NCBI GenBank assembly: GCA_963727775.1 | Contig: CAVSHB010000003.1 | Coordinates: 192,001 to 256,000 of the forward strand | Reading direction: 5' to 3' | Length of the DNA: 64,000 bases | Source: an uncultured Nitrospiraceae bacterium | GTDB lineage: Bacteria > Nitrospirota > Thermodesulfovibrionia > Thermodesulfovibrionales > SM23-35 | Shown here: piece after piece, positions 1 through 10,077 of the stretch | Numbering within the stretch: position 1 is the first letter of the stretch | Layout: every line of letters starts with the position of its first letter | Translations under genes and position numbers: made by a program | Notes under the pieces: generated by a model | Database searches by the model: none | What the model was told of the DNA's origin: nothing | What the model saw: only the letters and a program-made list of their open reading frames with translations

Positions 1-1008
1 TTCAGCTACGGAACCGATCTCTCTCAAATCCCTGATGACCGAACCGGCGCCGTCCTCGATCACTTCTGCACAGCCGTTTGCATCACTCGTAACCGTATAT
101 AAACCCATTGCCAGCGCTTCAATGGAGGCACCCGCACAGGGGTCATAGAGTGTAGGCAATACAGAAGCATCGGAAACCTGGAGAAAAGGAATGACCTCCT
201 TTTGGGGCCCGAAAAAATGGACTCTTCCTGCAAGTCCGGATTTTTCACAAAACGCTTTATATCGCTTTTCATGCTTGTCTTTGCCGACCACTATTAATTC
301 GGCATATTCGGGAAGCAACGGAAGCGCCATAATAGCTTTTATGAGCCCTTTCCTTTCATAGCCGCTACCTAAAAACAGGTAGTAAAATTTGTCAGGTGCC
401 AGACTTAGCTTTTTTAGTATATTATTCCTTTCTATAAGTCCTTCTTCAAATGTTTCTGAAAATTCATGCCATTCAGCGCTATTATGAACAACAGTTATCT
501 TTTTTTCTATTTGGGGATAAAAGTGCAATATCTCATTTTTAACAAGGTTCGAATTGCAGAAAATTCTTTTGAGGGCATTGGAAAAAAGCGCCCGGCGCTC
601 TATTTCTACCGTGGCCCTGTGAAAGGGATTAATTTTAAAACTAAAACATTTTAATTGAGAACACTCTTTGCATCTCCTCTGGATCCAAGCCCTATGGCAG
701 CCGCCTCCTAACCATAAATGCGTCTGATTCTCTGTACGATCCATCCCCAGGATACAGTCATAACGCTCATTTTTTAGATGCCGGTTGACCGAGGAATTGA
801 ATGTTAAGAGTCTCAGGAGATTATTGTACCGGAATTGTCTCAGTGCCACCGGCTTGACACCCTGGGGAAAACCATCCCATCTGCCATGCTCTGAAGTAAG
901 CACATCCACTTCGACATTGTTTTCAACAAATGCATTTATCAGCCGGGTTGTATATTTTTCGGCGCCTCCGTAAAATGAATAATTGCTCTTAATTATTGCG
1001 GTACGCAT
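1..1008 (-). CDS. GT4 glycosyltransferase, WaaG/RfaG-like (runs off the window edge, missing from the ORF track)
   Basis: Manual translation from ATG at 1008: MRTAIIKSNYSFYGGAEKY...GSGYERKG...LPTLYDPCAGASIEALAMG, open to base 1. Starts 1 nt after the sulfatase stop. Confidence 0.85.
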   Translation of the reverse strand, partial: MRTAIIKSNYSFYGGAEKYTTRLINAFVENNVEVDVLTSEHGRWDGFPQGVKPVALRQFRYNNLLRLLTFNSSVNRHLKNERYDCILGMDRTENQTHLWLGGGCHRAWIQRRCKECSQLKCFSFKINPFHRATVEIERRALFSNALKRIFCNSNLVKNEILHFYPQIEKKITVVHNSAEWHEFSETFEEGLIERNNILKKLSLAPDKFYYLFLGSGYERKGLIKAIMALPLLPEYAELIVVGKDKHEKRYKAFCEKSGLAGRVHFFGPQKEVIPFLQVSDASVLPTLYDPCAGASIEALAMGLYTVTSDANGCAEVIEDGAGSVIRDLREIGSVAE

Positions 1009-1009
1009 G

Positions 1010-2425
1010 TCAGCGGGTTTCCCCGAGCAGTTGCAACAGCTTCCGCTTTTGCCCGGTGTATGAGGGGTCATTACTGAGCTCCTGTGTCTCATATAAATCC
1101 CTGTTGAGGTCGTATATCTCTGCGTGGCCGTCAGCGCGTTTGATGATTTTAATCATCTCGTCTGTAATTAAAGACGTCTGCGGCTGCATGAAGTCTTGCA
1201 GGACGAATGAAGGGCTCTCCCTCCGGAATTTATTAAGCGTGTGATCACAACTGGGCAGTTGCGAATATGCGATTTTTCTCGGAGTTGAAGACAGCAGTGA
1301 ATGTGAACTGTCCGGTATCGGCAAAGGAGAACCGGTCACATCCGTAATGGTGGAAAATATGTCATGAAGCTGAACTAGTGTATCCTTATGGCCTCTCAAC
1401 GCAAAATCCTTAGGAAATTTAATGAGTAAAGGTATATGCAACAGTTCGTTGTAGAGCGTGAAAATATGATTAACCTGACCGTGCTCTCCCAGGAGCTCTC
1501 CGTGGTCACTCGTTATAATGAGAAGGGTATTGTCGAGTATCTTTTTGTCCTTTAAGAAAGAATAGAAATCCCACAGGATAGAATCGAGAAACAGAACTTC
1601 CCGGTCGTAGAGGACGTTCAGTGTCTCGAAGGTGTCCGCAGAGAAAGGAGAGCGGGCATAATGATGCCACTCATATTTCTTGAGCGCAGCATCCCTTGTT
1701 TTTGGACTGATTTTCCCGAAAGCGGTAATTTCGTGAGGCGGATTGTATTGGTTATGAGTTTCCATAATGTTCATAAATAGAAAAAACGGAACCTGAACAT
1801 TTCTTGAATTTATAATTTTTTTTGCTGTTTTAATTGTTCTCTGGGTGGCATGGACCGATTTCTTGATGATCGCATAAATTTTTTTATAGGTACTATCGAT
1901 TAATTTTTTCAAAGGGAACGTATAGGCTCGTTGAGACGAAACTAATCGCAATAACATAAGGAATCTTCCCAACTCGCATTTAACATCCTTCTTGGACCTG
2001 CTGAAGACCTGCTCTATCTTCAAGAAATCACCTGAATTGAAGAAATGCCACATCTCAAAGAATTCATCAAACCCTTTGTGAAAATTAAGTAAGTGGGATA
2101 CAAGACCATTGCTTGTCACCCCGAATGTTTCATACTCCAGGTATTTTAGGATTTCGGTAAGACAGTATATGTTGTCAGGCAGGCAGACTTGGTCGTCACC
2201 GACTCCATGCTCGTTTGGGTAAAGTCCTGTAAAAAAAGATACATGCGATGGTATAGTCCATGAAGCAGGGGAGAAACATCTGTTATATACCATAAAAACG
2301 TCATCTTCCACCATTCTCTCAAGGTAGGGGGTCGTCCGTCTCTCATATCCGTGAAGGGACATATGTTTTGCTCCAAGTGTGTCACATACCACCAGGATTA
2401 TATTCGGCAGGCGATGATGGCCCAT
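1010..2425 (-). CDS. Sulfatase-like hydrolase/transferase (alkaline phosphatase superfamily)
   Basis: PNIILVVCDTL, WTIPSHVSFFTGLYP, TSDHGE and HIPLLIK motifs. Thr occupies the nucleophile position instead of Cys/Ser. Confidence 0.85.
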   Translation of the reverse strand: MGHHRLPNIILVVCDTLGAKHMSLHGYERRTTPYLERMVEDDVFMVYNRCFSPASWTIPSHVSFFTGLYPNEHGVGDDQVCLPDNIYCLTEILKYLEYETFGVTSNGLVSHLLNFHKGFDEFFEMWHFFNSGDFLKIEQVFSRSKKDVKCELGRFLMLLRLVSSQRAYTFPLKKLIDSTYKKIYAIIKKSVHATQRTIKTAKKIINSRNVQVPFFLFMNIMETHNQYNPPHEITAFGKISPKTRDAALKKYEWHHYARSPFSADTFETLNVLYDREVLFLDSILWDFYSFLKDKKILDNTLLIITSDHGELLGEHGQVNHIFTLYNELLHIPLLIKFPKDFALRGHKDTLVQLHDIFSTITDVTGSPLPIPDSSHSLLSSTPRKIAYSQLPSCDHTLNKFRRESPSFVLQDFMQPQTSLITDEMIKIIKRADGHAEIYDLNRDLYETQELSNDPSYTGQKRKLLQLLGETR

Positions 2426-2434
2426 AATGATATG

Positions 2435-3121
2435 TTAAAAGTATCCGGTTTCTCTTAGCCGTTCCATGACTTTCTCTTTGTCCGGATCCCTTCCCCCGCG
2501 TTCCATGCCGGTCCTGCCGAAGGGATTTGTGCAGGGTTCGCAATCGATCGAGCGATAGCCTTTTTTGTATAACTCACAATAGGGGATAGAATATTTTTTG
2601 ATATATGACCAGATATCAAGTTCTTTGAAGTGAAGGACAGGTTGCACTCTGACATGAGGCGGCTTTTCTTTGGGCATAAAAAATTGTTCATTGACCCTTG
2701 CCGACTGCTCATCCCATCGCACGGCCGTCATAAGGGCTTTCAGATTGTGATCAACGATAGCCGTGTTTAGAGGGACTACCTTACGCGTATAACAGCATTC
2801 GACCTTATCCACGGGAGGTGTGGTCATGTCCGGAATATCATTGTTTCGGAGAACTGTGAGATCGAATCCCCATTCCTCTGACAGTTTTCCCATGAATTCC
2901 TTTATTTCCTTAAATTCAGCGCCTGTATCCAGAGTAAAAACCTTCCACGGTATTTTGCCGTCGAAGGCGGCCCGTACAAGATGAAGTAAGGTGGTAGAGT
3001 CTTTCCCGCCGCTGAAAGCAACAGCAACGCGGCTTCCGAAATTCTTATATGTCTCTAGTATAATTTCCCTGCTATATTTCTCTTTTTCTTCCAAGGTCAT
3101 CTCAACAAGTTTCTTCTCCAC
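2435..3121 (-). CDS. PAPS reductase / CysD-family PP-loop protein
   Basis: SGGKDS PP-loop, LDTG, CC and CEPC. C-terminus ERGGRDPDKEKVMERLRETGYF is CysD-like; no ECGLH. Confidence 0.8.
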   Translation of the reverse strand: MEKKLVEMTLEEKEKYSREIILETYKNFGSRVAVAFSGGKDSTTLLHLVRAAFDGKIPWKVFTLDTGAEFKEIKEFMGKLSEEWGFDLTVLRNNDIPDMTTPPVDKVECCYTRKVVPLNTAIVDHNLKALMTAVRWDEQSARVNEQFFMPKEKPPHVRVQPVLHFKELDIWSYIKKYSIPYCELYKKGYRSIDCEPCTNPFGRTGMERGGRDPDKEKVMERLRETGYF

Positions 3122-3385
3122 TGTAATCCTCCTTTTAGATCACTTAGAAGCTTTGTTCCCGGAATCTGTAACGCTATATTGCTAAATCCTCTAAAAAACT
3201 TGACGGAACAGGGAACAGCAAGCAGATAGACGCTCAGATGGTAACGTTTTAACGAGATACTCTATTATAAGCATAGTGAATCGTCAAAATCAAAAATACC
3301 AAGAAATTATTATTTATGGACAGAAACATTTAGCATACCGCAAAAATGGATACCGCTTGTTAAATTGGGATGCTGATTCATTTAT

Positions 3386-4651
3386 TTAATCCGGCTCATT
3401 TTTCTTTAATATATGACTGCGTATACAGAGGCCTGATATAAGCATAAAGGAACAGATGAGCACATGAATATTAAAGAGCGACTCGGTCAGACCTGCTATT
3501 ATGAAGTGCACCGATACGGTCAGGGACAGAAATCCGAAGAGTCCTTCTTTATTGCGAAGAAGTCTGCCTGTATGCTGTAAAGTCCTGTAAAAGATAAACA
3601 GCAGCGCGAACAATCCCGTCAGGCCGGTGGTTGCAAGTGCAAAGAGATACATATTGTGCGGCTGATTATATTTCAGTATAAAATCGGGTATTCTGCCTGA
3701 TGCTACGAGTCCGACAAGAGCAATTCTGTAATCGCCGATCCCTACTCCGAAGATCGGATGTGAGAGGAAAATTTCAGAGGCGGCTTTCCACATAAAAAAG
3801 CGATCACCGAGTGAGGTCGGGGCAACGCCGGCAGAGTATTGGGCAATATCACGAAAAGCCATATCAATTCTGCTGTGCACAAGATCATTAAATAAATATA
3901 TCAGAACGCAAACGATTATTATGGAAGGTACGACTATCAGGTAAGTCCGCTTGTTTCTAAGTAGAAAATATATGCTGATTATAATTGTGAATATCATTCC
4001 AACCCATGCTGTCCTCGCCAGCGAAAGTAATACGGTGAGTGTGCCGAGCAGAATAAAGGACCAGAGCAATATTGTCATTGATAATCGTTTGAAACGCGCG
4101 GAGAAAACAAGGAGCGAAATAGCTGCATATAACCCGACCGCATTGAGATTCCCGACCCAGATATGATGCATATTCAACGGACTCAAGGGAAGAGAAAATT
4201 TTTTGTTTCCTATAAGACCAAGGTAAGTCAGAAGTCCGAGCAGGTCAAGAACAAAAACTCCGGCGACAAAAGATAACAACAGATATTCGGCATTGCGGAT
4301 TCCGGTTGTTTTATTCTGATCTGAATCAATAAGCACGGATACCATGAGATAAACCAATATGAGGTTCGAGAGCTGCAAAAGATTGTTTAAGCCTTCCATC
4401 CGGTTTTGGGAATAAAGCAGACTGAACAAAACCGTTGAAAGATAAATTCCTATTGGAAGATTTAATGGCTGCTTAACGGCCTGCATAAGCGTTTCCCTGA
4501 AATATTTGTTACAGGAAGCAGCGAAGATGCAATAAGCGTAAACAAGCCCCATCAGTATACTGCTTATGCTCTTTGATACCGGTAATGTCACCCCAAACAA
4601 TATCAGACCGGTGATGAGTATTCTGGAATGAAATGAATTATCCTTGGTCAT
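3386..4651 (-). CDS. O-antigen ligase family (WaaL/Wzy_C) membrane protein
   Basis: Multiple TM segments; SLARTAW, SLGDRFFMW, HPIFGVGIG and QPHNMYL motifs. Confidence 0.85.
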   Translation of the reverse strand: MTKDNSFHSRILITGLILFGVTLPVSKSISSILMGLVYAYCIFAASCNKYFRETLMQAVKQPLNLPIGIYLSTVLFSLLYSQNRMEGLNNLLQLSNLILVYLMVSVLIDSDQNKTTGIRNAEYLLLSFVAGVFVLDLLGLLTYLGLIGNKKFSLPLSPLNMHHIWVGNLNAVGLYAAISLLVFSARFKRLSMTILLWSFILLGTLTVLLSLARTAWVGMIFTIIISIYFLLRNKRTYLIVVPSIIIVCVLIYLFNDLVHSRIDMAFRDIAQYSAGVAPTSLGDRFFMWKAASEIFLSHPIFGVGIGDYRIALVGLVASGRIPDFILKYNQPHNMYLFALATTGLTGLFALLFIFYRTLQHTGRLLRNKEGLFGFLSLTVSVHFIIAGLTESLFNIHVLICSFMLISGLCIRSHILKKNEPD

Positions 4652-4768
4652 GTCTCTGTAAGTTGCTTATTATTTTTGATGATATAGTATACTTTAAAAA
4701 ACGGATAAGAATGTTACGCTGACTTTTCCCCTGAAAAGGGGAAAGTTTTTTTCATAACAGGAGGGTTT

Positions 4769-6070
4769 ATGCACATTGGAATTATCGGCACGGGTTATGT
4801 GGGGCTTGTGACCGGCGCCTGTTTTGCCGAATTCGGTCTGTCTGTAACGTGCGTCGACAAAGACGAAAAAAAGATAAGTTTTCTCAAGAAAGGGTTAATC
4901 CCTTTCTATGAACCCGGACTTGACGAGCTTGTCAAGAGAAATATGAAACAGGGCAGGCTCAGATTTACGACAAAGACCGGAAAGGCGGTGGAGTCGTCCC
5001 TCGTTATTTTTATAGCGGTCGGAACGCCGAGGAGGGGGGATGGCTCTGCTGATCTGAAGTATGTCGAGGAAGTCGCGGGTGAGATCGCAAAACATATGGA
5101 TGGATACAAAGTGATCGTTACAAAGAGCACCGTTCCCGTAGGGACAGGTGAGAAAATAAGGGAGATCATCGCAAAGAACCTTAAAGGGCAGACCGACTTT
5201 GACATAGTTTCAAACCCGGAGTTTTTGCGGGAAGGCTCTGCTATAGAGGATTTTATGAGGCCCAATAGGGTAGTTGTAGGCGCCAATAAGCCCCAGTCGA
5301 TTGCGATCATGAAAGACCTTTATAAACCCCTGTACCTTATCGAGGCGCCCTTTGTGATAACGAATATCGAGACAGCGGAATTAATCAAATACGCTTCAAA
5401 CTCTTTTCTCGCGACAAAGATCTCCTTTATCAATGAAATGGCCAACCTCTGTGATAGGGTCGGAGCGGACATACACATGGTGGCAAAAGGTATGGGGCTT
5501 GATCAGAGGATCGGCCCGAAATTTCTCCATCCGGGGCCCGGATACGGCGGTTCCTGTCTTCCAAAGGACACGAACGCGCTTCTCAAAATAGCGGAAGATC
5601 ATGGCGTTGAACTCGGCATTATCGGCGCAGCGGTTAGGGCGAATGAACGGCAGCGGGGATTGATGGTACGGAAGATAAAGGACGCCATGGGTGATTTAAA
5701 AGGCAGAACGGTCTCGGTCCTCGGCCTTTCTTTCAAGCCGAACACCGACGATACGAGGGACGCCCCTTCTTTGTATATTATTAATGAACTCATGAGAGAG
5801 GGAGTAAATATCAGGGCATACGATCCTATCTGTACTAAGGAAGAAAACAGGATTTTACCTAAAGTAAAGTATTGCAAGGACCCCTACGATGCTGTAAAAG
5901 GCGCCCATGCGCTTGTCATCGTGACCGAATGGAACGAATTCAGGAACCTCCAACTCGATAAGATCAAGAAACTTCTCAAGGAGCCCTATTTCTTCGACAT
6001 GAGAAATATTTACGATCCACAAAGGATGAAAGAGGCAGGGTTCCAGTACTATTGTGTAGGCAGGCCGTAG
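4769..6070 (+). CDS. ugd: UDP-glucose 6-dehydrogenase
   Basis: GTGYVG Rossmann motif, SNPEFLREG, GYGGSCLPKD catalytic Cys, FKPNTDD. Confidence 0.95.
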   Translation: MHIGIIGTGYVGLVTGACFAEFGLSVTCVDKDEKKISFLKKGLIPFYEPGLDELVKRNMKQGRLRFTTKTGKAVESSLVIFIAVGTPRRGDGSADLKYVEEVAGEIAKHMDGYKVIVTKSTVPVGTGEKIREIIAKNLKGQTDFDIVSNPEFLREGSAIEDFMRPNRVVVGANKPQSIAIMKDLYKPLYLIEAPFVITNIETAELIKYASNSFLATKISFINEMANLCDRVGADIHMVAKGMGLDQRIGPKFLHPGPGYGGSCLPKDTNALLKIAEDHGVELGIIGAAVRANERQRGLMVRKIKDAMGDLKGRTVSVLGLSFKPNTDDTRDAPSLYIINELMREGVNIRAYDPICTKEENRILPKVKYCKDPYDAVKGAHALVIVTEWNEFRNLQLDKIKKLLKEPYFFDMRNIYDPQRMKEAGFQYYCVGRP

Positions 6071-6088
6071 AAATGGTAAAATATATAT

Positions 6089-6532
6089 GTGAAGGTTGTA
6101 TGTCAGAACAGAAAGGCATACCACGATTATCATATTGAGGAGACGATAGAGTCGGGTATTTCCTTATTGGGAACAGAGGTGAAGTCGCTGAGAGAAGGTA
6201 AGGCTAATCTTAAAGACAGCTATGTCCTTATGAAGGACAAAGAGGCCTTCCTTCTGAACTGTCATATTAATCCTTACAGTCACGGAAATATTTTAAACCA
6301 TGACCCTCTGAGGACAAGAAAACTCCTCATGCATAGGGAAGAAATTGATAAGCTGAGCGAGAAAGCCGCTACAAAGGGATATACGCTGATACCGCTTAAG
6401 ATTTATTTTAAAGATTCTTTTGCTAAGGTTGAAGTTGGAGTTGCGAAGGGGAAAAAGCTCTTTGAAAAAAGGGAAACAATAAAAGAAAGAGAGGCCAAAA
6501 GAGAGATCGAAAGGGCCATGAAATCCAGATGA
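6089..6532 (+). CDS. smpB: SsrA-binding protein
   Basis: NRKAYHDY, GTEVKSLR, RTRKLLMH motifs; adjacent to tmRNA. Confidence 0.97.
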   Translation: MKVVCQNRKAYHDYHIEETIESGISLLGTEVKSLREGKANLKDSYVLMKDKEAFLLNCHINPYSHGNILNHDPLRTRKLLMHREEIDKLSEKAATKGYTLIPLKIYFKDSFAKVEVGVAKGKKLFEKRETIKEREAKREIERAMKSR

Positions 6533-6616
6533 CAGGATTTCAGATAGGGCTGCAAACAGAGATAAATTTGAATATGTTGCTCTCTGTTTATCTGTCTCTA
6601 TCTGATTTCTGTTCCC

Positions 6617-6966
6617 GGGGGCGAAAGGGCTCGACGGGGGTTACGAGGATCAGGTCGCATGTCGTGGCTCCATCACCACGTAAAAAGGTGGAAACAAACA
6701 TAAACGCCAATAACGAACTGGCACTCGCTGCTTAATTAACTAAGCAGCCGCTGCCCTGAAATTGCCTGTGTTTCAGGTCACAGCGTCATTAAGCAGGCTG
6801 GCTCCGGGGAGTTTCCCCTGACTCCGGAGTAAGACAAAGGGGGATGGGGTTTCAGGACGCCCGCCTGCCGGCAGCCTGGGATTCGAGAATCAATAAGCAG
6901 GATAAACATGTAGAAGCCTGAGAGTAGTACTTTCGGACGCGGGTTCAATTCCCGCCGCCTCCACCA
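6617..6966 (+). ncRNA. ssrA: tmRNA, tag peptide ANNELALAA (6706-6735)
   Basis: 5' GGGGGCG pairs with 3' CGCCTCC-ACCA (G3:U wobble); T-arm GCGGGTTCAATTCCCGC; tag ends LAA*; 350 nt; follows smpB. Confidence 0.97.
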
Positions 6967-6969
6967 TTA

Positions 6970-7002
6970 ATATACTTATAATTCAATGAGTTATAAGTAT
7001 AT
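6970..7002. repeat. 15-bp inverted repeat directly after ssrA (terminator- or att-associated)
   Basis: ATATACTTATAATTC-AAT-GAGTTATAAGTATAT, one G:U pair. Confidence 0.7.
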
Positions 7003-7015
7003 ATTTTACATAATC

Positions 7016-7044
7016 ACTATCCCTGGACTATCCCTGGAATCCCT
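7016..7044 (+). repeat. Tandem 11-bp direct repeats, candidate integrase arm-type sites
   Basis: ACTATCCCTGG x2 plus partial AATCCCT, about 50 bp from the ssrA 3' end. Confidence 0.55.
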
Positions 7045-7074
7045 TTGAGAAATGACTCTTTACAGTTCCCCGTC

Positions 7075-7103
7075 TTGACAGTGAACTGTCGTTCACCTAT
7101 AAT
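7075..7103 (+). promoter_or_regulatory. Perfect sigma70 consensus promoter with a palindrome in the spacer
   Basis: TTGACA-N17-TATAAT; spacer contains GTGAAC-TGTC-GTTCAC. Confidence 0.8.
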
Positions 7104-7910
7104 GTAACCGTGTTGCAAAGCATAGGCCAGAGCGAAGAAATGAAAAAAGATTTCAGTGCTACGCAAGCGGCAATCCGTGCAAGGTTACCACTTTGTAAAA
7201 TAACTGCGAATTTCGTTTCCGAATTGCTGCCAAAATCGAGTGAAATCCGCAAAAATCTAATAAAATCTGCTATATTTATGGGAGGGGTAGAGCTATGAAC
7301 CTAAATTGCTTAAAATTTGACGACAAAAGGAGCGTTCAACAGTGAGCATAGGTACGAAAAACGAGACTGCAGAGAAGAAAGAAAGCCAATCCTTTATTTG
7401 TCCTAAATGCAACAAGCCTACCGAAGTATTCTACAAGAAAAGAGGTTTTTGGAAGGTTTATGATCCAGAGATAATTTGTAGTTCCTGCAAGGCCGACATC
7501 ACGAAAGAATTTTTCCTCACTGTAGCAACTCCCAAAAAGAAGGAAAACATAACCAGAGCTGCTAAAAAGGCAATCCGAGAACAAAAAATCAAGAAAGCGA
7601 TATTTGTCGATGGGAAATCGAAGACTGAAGCCTGTCGTTTGGCAGGTTATGCTGAGACAACAGCAAGGTCAAAATCGGCAGAGATCGTGAGCGATATTGT
7701 TGAGAAAAGTGGTGGAATTGAGCAAATTCTGAATGATTTGGGAGTTTCTAAGGAAAGATTAGTTCGAAAGGTCGACGAAGGTCTCGATGCGACGAAAGTC
7801 ATCTCCGCTAATGTGATTATCGGCAGCGAAGGCGATCCTGCGGACGAAAGAGATGGTATGAAAGAGGCCGATGGCATGACTAAGGATTTCATTGATGTCC
7901 CTGATTTTAT

Positions 7911-8483
7911 AATTGATACACCCTGCGGTCTCTGCCGCAGGATCCGATGTATGTAGAGTAAATGGAGGGAAAGACCTGTAGACTGATAGAATAAAGAGAC
8001 GATGGTAATTCTTGACGACGATATATGGCGATGGTATCACAATATATCGGAGTGTTACTATCACATTCAAATAACGGTGAAATACCGCAAGTCACTTTTG
8101 AGTAAAGAAGTAGAAGGGGCTATAGTTGGAGCGCTGAAAGGATTGAAAGAAAGGTATGCGATAGAGATCAATACAGTTGGATTTGATCGAAACCATGTGC
8201 ATATTCTGTGTCGATATTTATCGAAGTATTCTGGGGGGCAGGTGATCAAGATAATAAAGAGGATAAGTGGGAAAAGAGTATTTGAAGAGGCCCCCGAGGT
8301 AAAAAAAGAACTTTGGGGTGGTGAGTTCTGGACAGATGGGTACTACATAGCAACGATCAGCGGTAAAGGGAATAAAGGAGTGATTGAGAAATACATAAAG
8401 AACCAAGGCAGAGAGAAGGATGTTGGGCAGTTGAGGTTGTTTGACTTCTGACGCCCTGCGGTCTCTGCCGCAGGGTTCTTCAC
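7911..8483 (+). mobile_element. IS200-like element (tnpA only)
   Basis: Identical subterminal hairpins CCCTGCGGTCTCTGCCGCAGG at 7921-7941 and 8454-8474; inserted after TTTAT, ends TCAC; no TSD. Confidence 0.85.
8002..8451 (+). CDS. tnpA: IS200/IS605 Y1 HUH transposase
   Basis: HVH (HUH), LWGGEFWTDGYY and KYIKNQ catalytic Tyr. Confidence 0.93.
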   Translation: MVILDDDIWRWYHNISECYYHIQITVKYRKSLLSKEVEGAIVGALKGLKERYAIEINTVGFDRNHVHILCRYLSKYSGGQVIKIIKRISGKRVFEEAPEVKKELWGGEFWTDGYYIATISGKGNKGVIEKYIKNQGREKDVGQLRLFDF

Positions 8484-9029
8484 GGCTCGGCATAAATATG
8501 TCGAGACTGGGCTGAAACTTCATGGACTTTTGCAAACAAACGTTAAGGTTGATGGAAATCTAACAGTAGAGACCTATGAACAGCGTAGAAAGCGTTTGGG
8601 CCTCGACGATATGCCACCCCGGGAAGCGCATGCGAAATTTCGAAGGGAACATCCGGAATTGGAGGAAGTGAATAGGAAGTTATTGGAGGAGGGGAAGTGA
8701 TAGAAATCGAGGTTCTCTTAGTCAGTGTTTTGTCAGACGTGGAGAGATGCGGAAGATAGATACGTAATTGGAAAGGCTGTGCAGTGTACGGTGTTCTGAT
8801 CCTACCTTCCAGGTTGCGGTGATGAGACCTTCTAATAGAAATACGGAGAGTTATGTCCTTCCTGCTATAACGCACCTTAAAGACCCGATATAATATTGCT
8901 GAGTACGACCGTCAATACACGCAACGTAGGAGTGAAGAGTATTTCCGACTGATATGGCTATTCCATATAAATTCCTTCCGATTGACATTTCTGAGGGATT
9001 ATCATTATCTATATAATTAGGATTTGTAA

Positions 9030-9806
9030 ATGAAAGACCTAAAATCGCACATTTTATGTACCACGTTGCTCTGCATTCTTTTTATCACAATACCAGAAGG
9101 TCTCATTGCTGGCCAGATGCCGGACGAAGGTCAAAAGATCGCGTCGATAATTAATAAAGTAATAGAAGCCTCTGGAGGTAAGAAGATTATTGAAATCATG
9201 CGTTCTCTTTACGCAAAAGGAGAAATTGAAGCTTTCATGCTTCATGATCAAGGTACATACGAGTTTTATTTCAAACAGAGAAGGAAGCTACGCGTTGAAA
9301 CCAGATATAAACATACCTCGGAACTTAGGATATTAAATGGGGAAAAAGGATACAGAAGCAATGACGGCCTTCCCTTTGAAGAAGTGCATGGCCCGCGATA
9401 TTTTGCAATGGTATACCAATATAAGCACATAGATATACTTCGCGGTCTCGCAAATAGTATTTATACTATAAGCCATGAAGGAGTATCTTCGGTAAACGGT
9501 CATGATGTTGACGTTCTCAAACTGAATGATAAAGAGGGTACTGTCATGGATATATATATTGGAAAGCATAATTCTCTCATTCTAAAAGTGACCGGTTATT
9601 TTAGCGAGGGAAGTAAAAAGATGAACCTTTCTTCTGAATTTTCGGATTTCAGGAAGATCCATGGGTTGGTATTGCCCTTCAAAATAACCAATTATGCGGA
9701 AGGACTAAAAATAGGTCAGACAATGATCAATAAATATATTCTGAATCCGGATATAGCAGACTCCTTGTTTGAACCATCAATCATGCAATCTCTCTTAACA
9801 AAATAA
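9030..9806 (+). CDS. Exported hypothetical protein (possible LolA-like/outer-membrane sorting fold)
   Basis: Signal peptide; C-terminal FSDFRKIHGLVLPF...NPDIADSLF pattern. Confidence 0.55.
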   Translation: MKDLKSHILCTTLLCILFITIPEGLIAGQMPDEGQKIASIINKVIEASGGKKIIEIMRSLYAKGEIEAFMLHDQGTYEFYFKQRRKLRVETRYKHTSELRILNGEKGYRSNDGLPFEEVHGPRYFAMVYQYKHIDILRGLANSIYTISHEGVSSVNGHDVDVLKLNDKEGTVMDIYIGKHNSLILKVTGYFSEGSKKMNLSSEFSDFRKIHGLVLPFKITNYAEGLKIGQTMINKYILNPDIADSLFEPSIMQSLLTK

Positions 9807-9884
9807 AGATAGCCTTCCTGTACTTCTTCCTCTTCTAAGGAAGAAGTCAAGTTTTTTTCTTGCCTTTCTCTGTTAAAGCTGAAA

Positions 9885-10060
9885 TGGTTGTGGTGTTACT
9901 TCAACCTTTTACCTTTTCACCTAACCTCTTTTGTTCTACGAGCCTTATAGCTCAACTTACCTTATTCAGGTCGAAAGGATGGTGGAAGTTGACCAAGCTG
10001 AATCCTACAAGCCTTCTTTTTAGCTTACGAAGAAGCACGGTCCTTCTTCCACCACAACCA
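9885..10060 (-). ncRNA. Candidate bridge/seek RNA of IS110 #1
   Basis: Perfect 11-bp long-range stem TGGTTGTGGTG/CACCACAACCA enclosing several hairpins. Confidence 0.5.
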
Positions 10061-10077
10061 CTGTTTACTCCCATATA

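Larger units (their letters stand above)
7342..8700 (+). pseudogene. Terminase small subunit-like protein with N-terminal Zn ribbon, interrupted by IS200
   Basis: ACRLAGYAETTARSKS resembles the TerS HTH; CPKC/CSSC pair. Removing 7911-8483 restores ...DVPDF-M-ARHKYVETGLKLHG...EEGK* in frame. Confidence 0.65.

Noticed and set aside
6529..6735. 68-aa ORF ending ANNELALAA
   Set aside because: It is the tmRNA tag frame extended upstream, not a protein gene.
8002..8483. TnpB/IscB RNA-guided nuclease associated with the IS200
   Set aside because: The right-end hairpin follows the tnpA stop immediately, leaving no room for tnpB or an omega-RNA.
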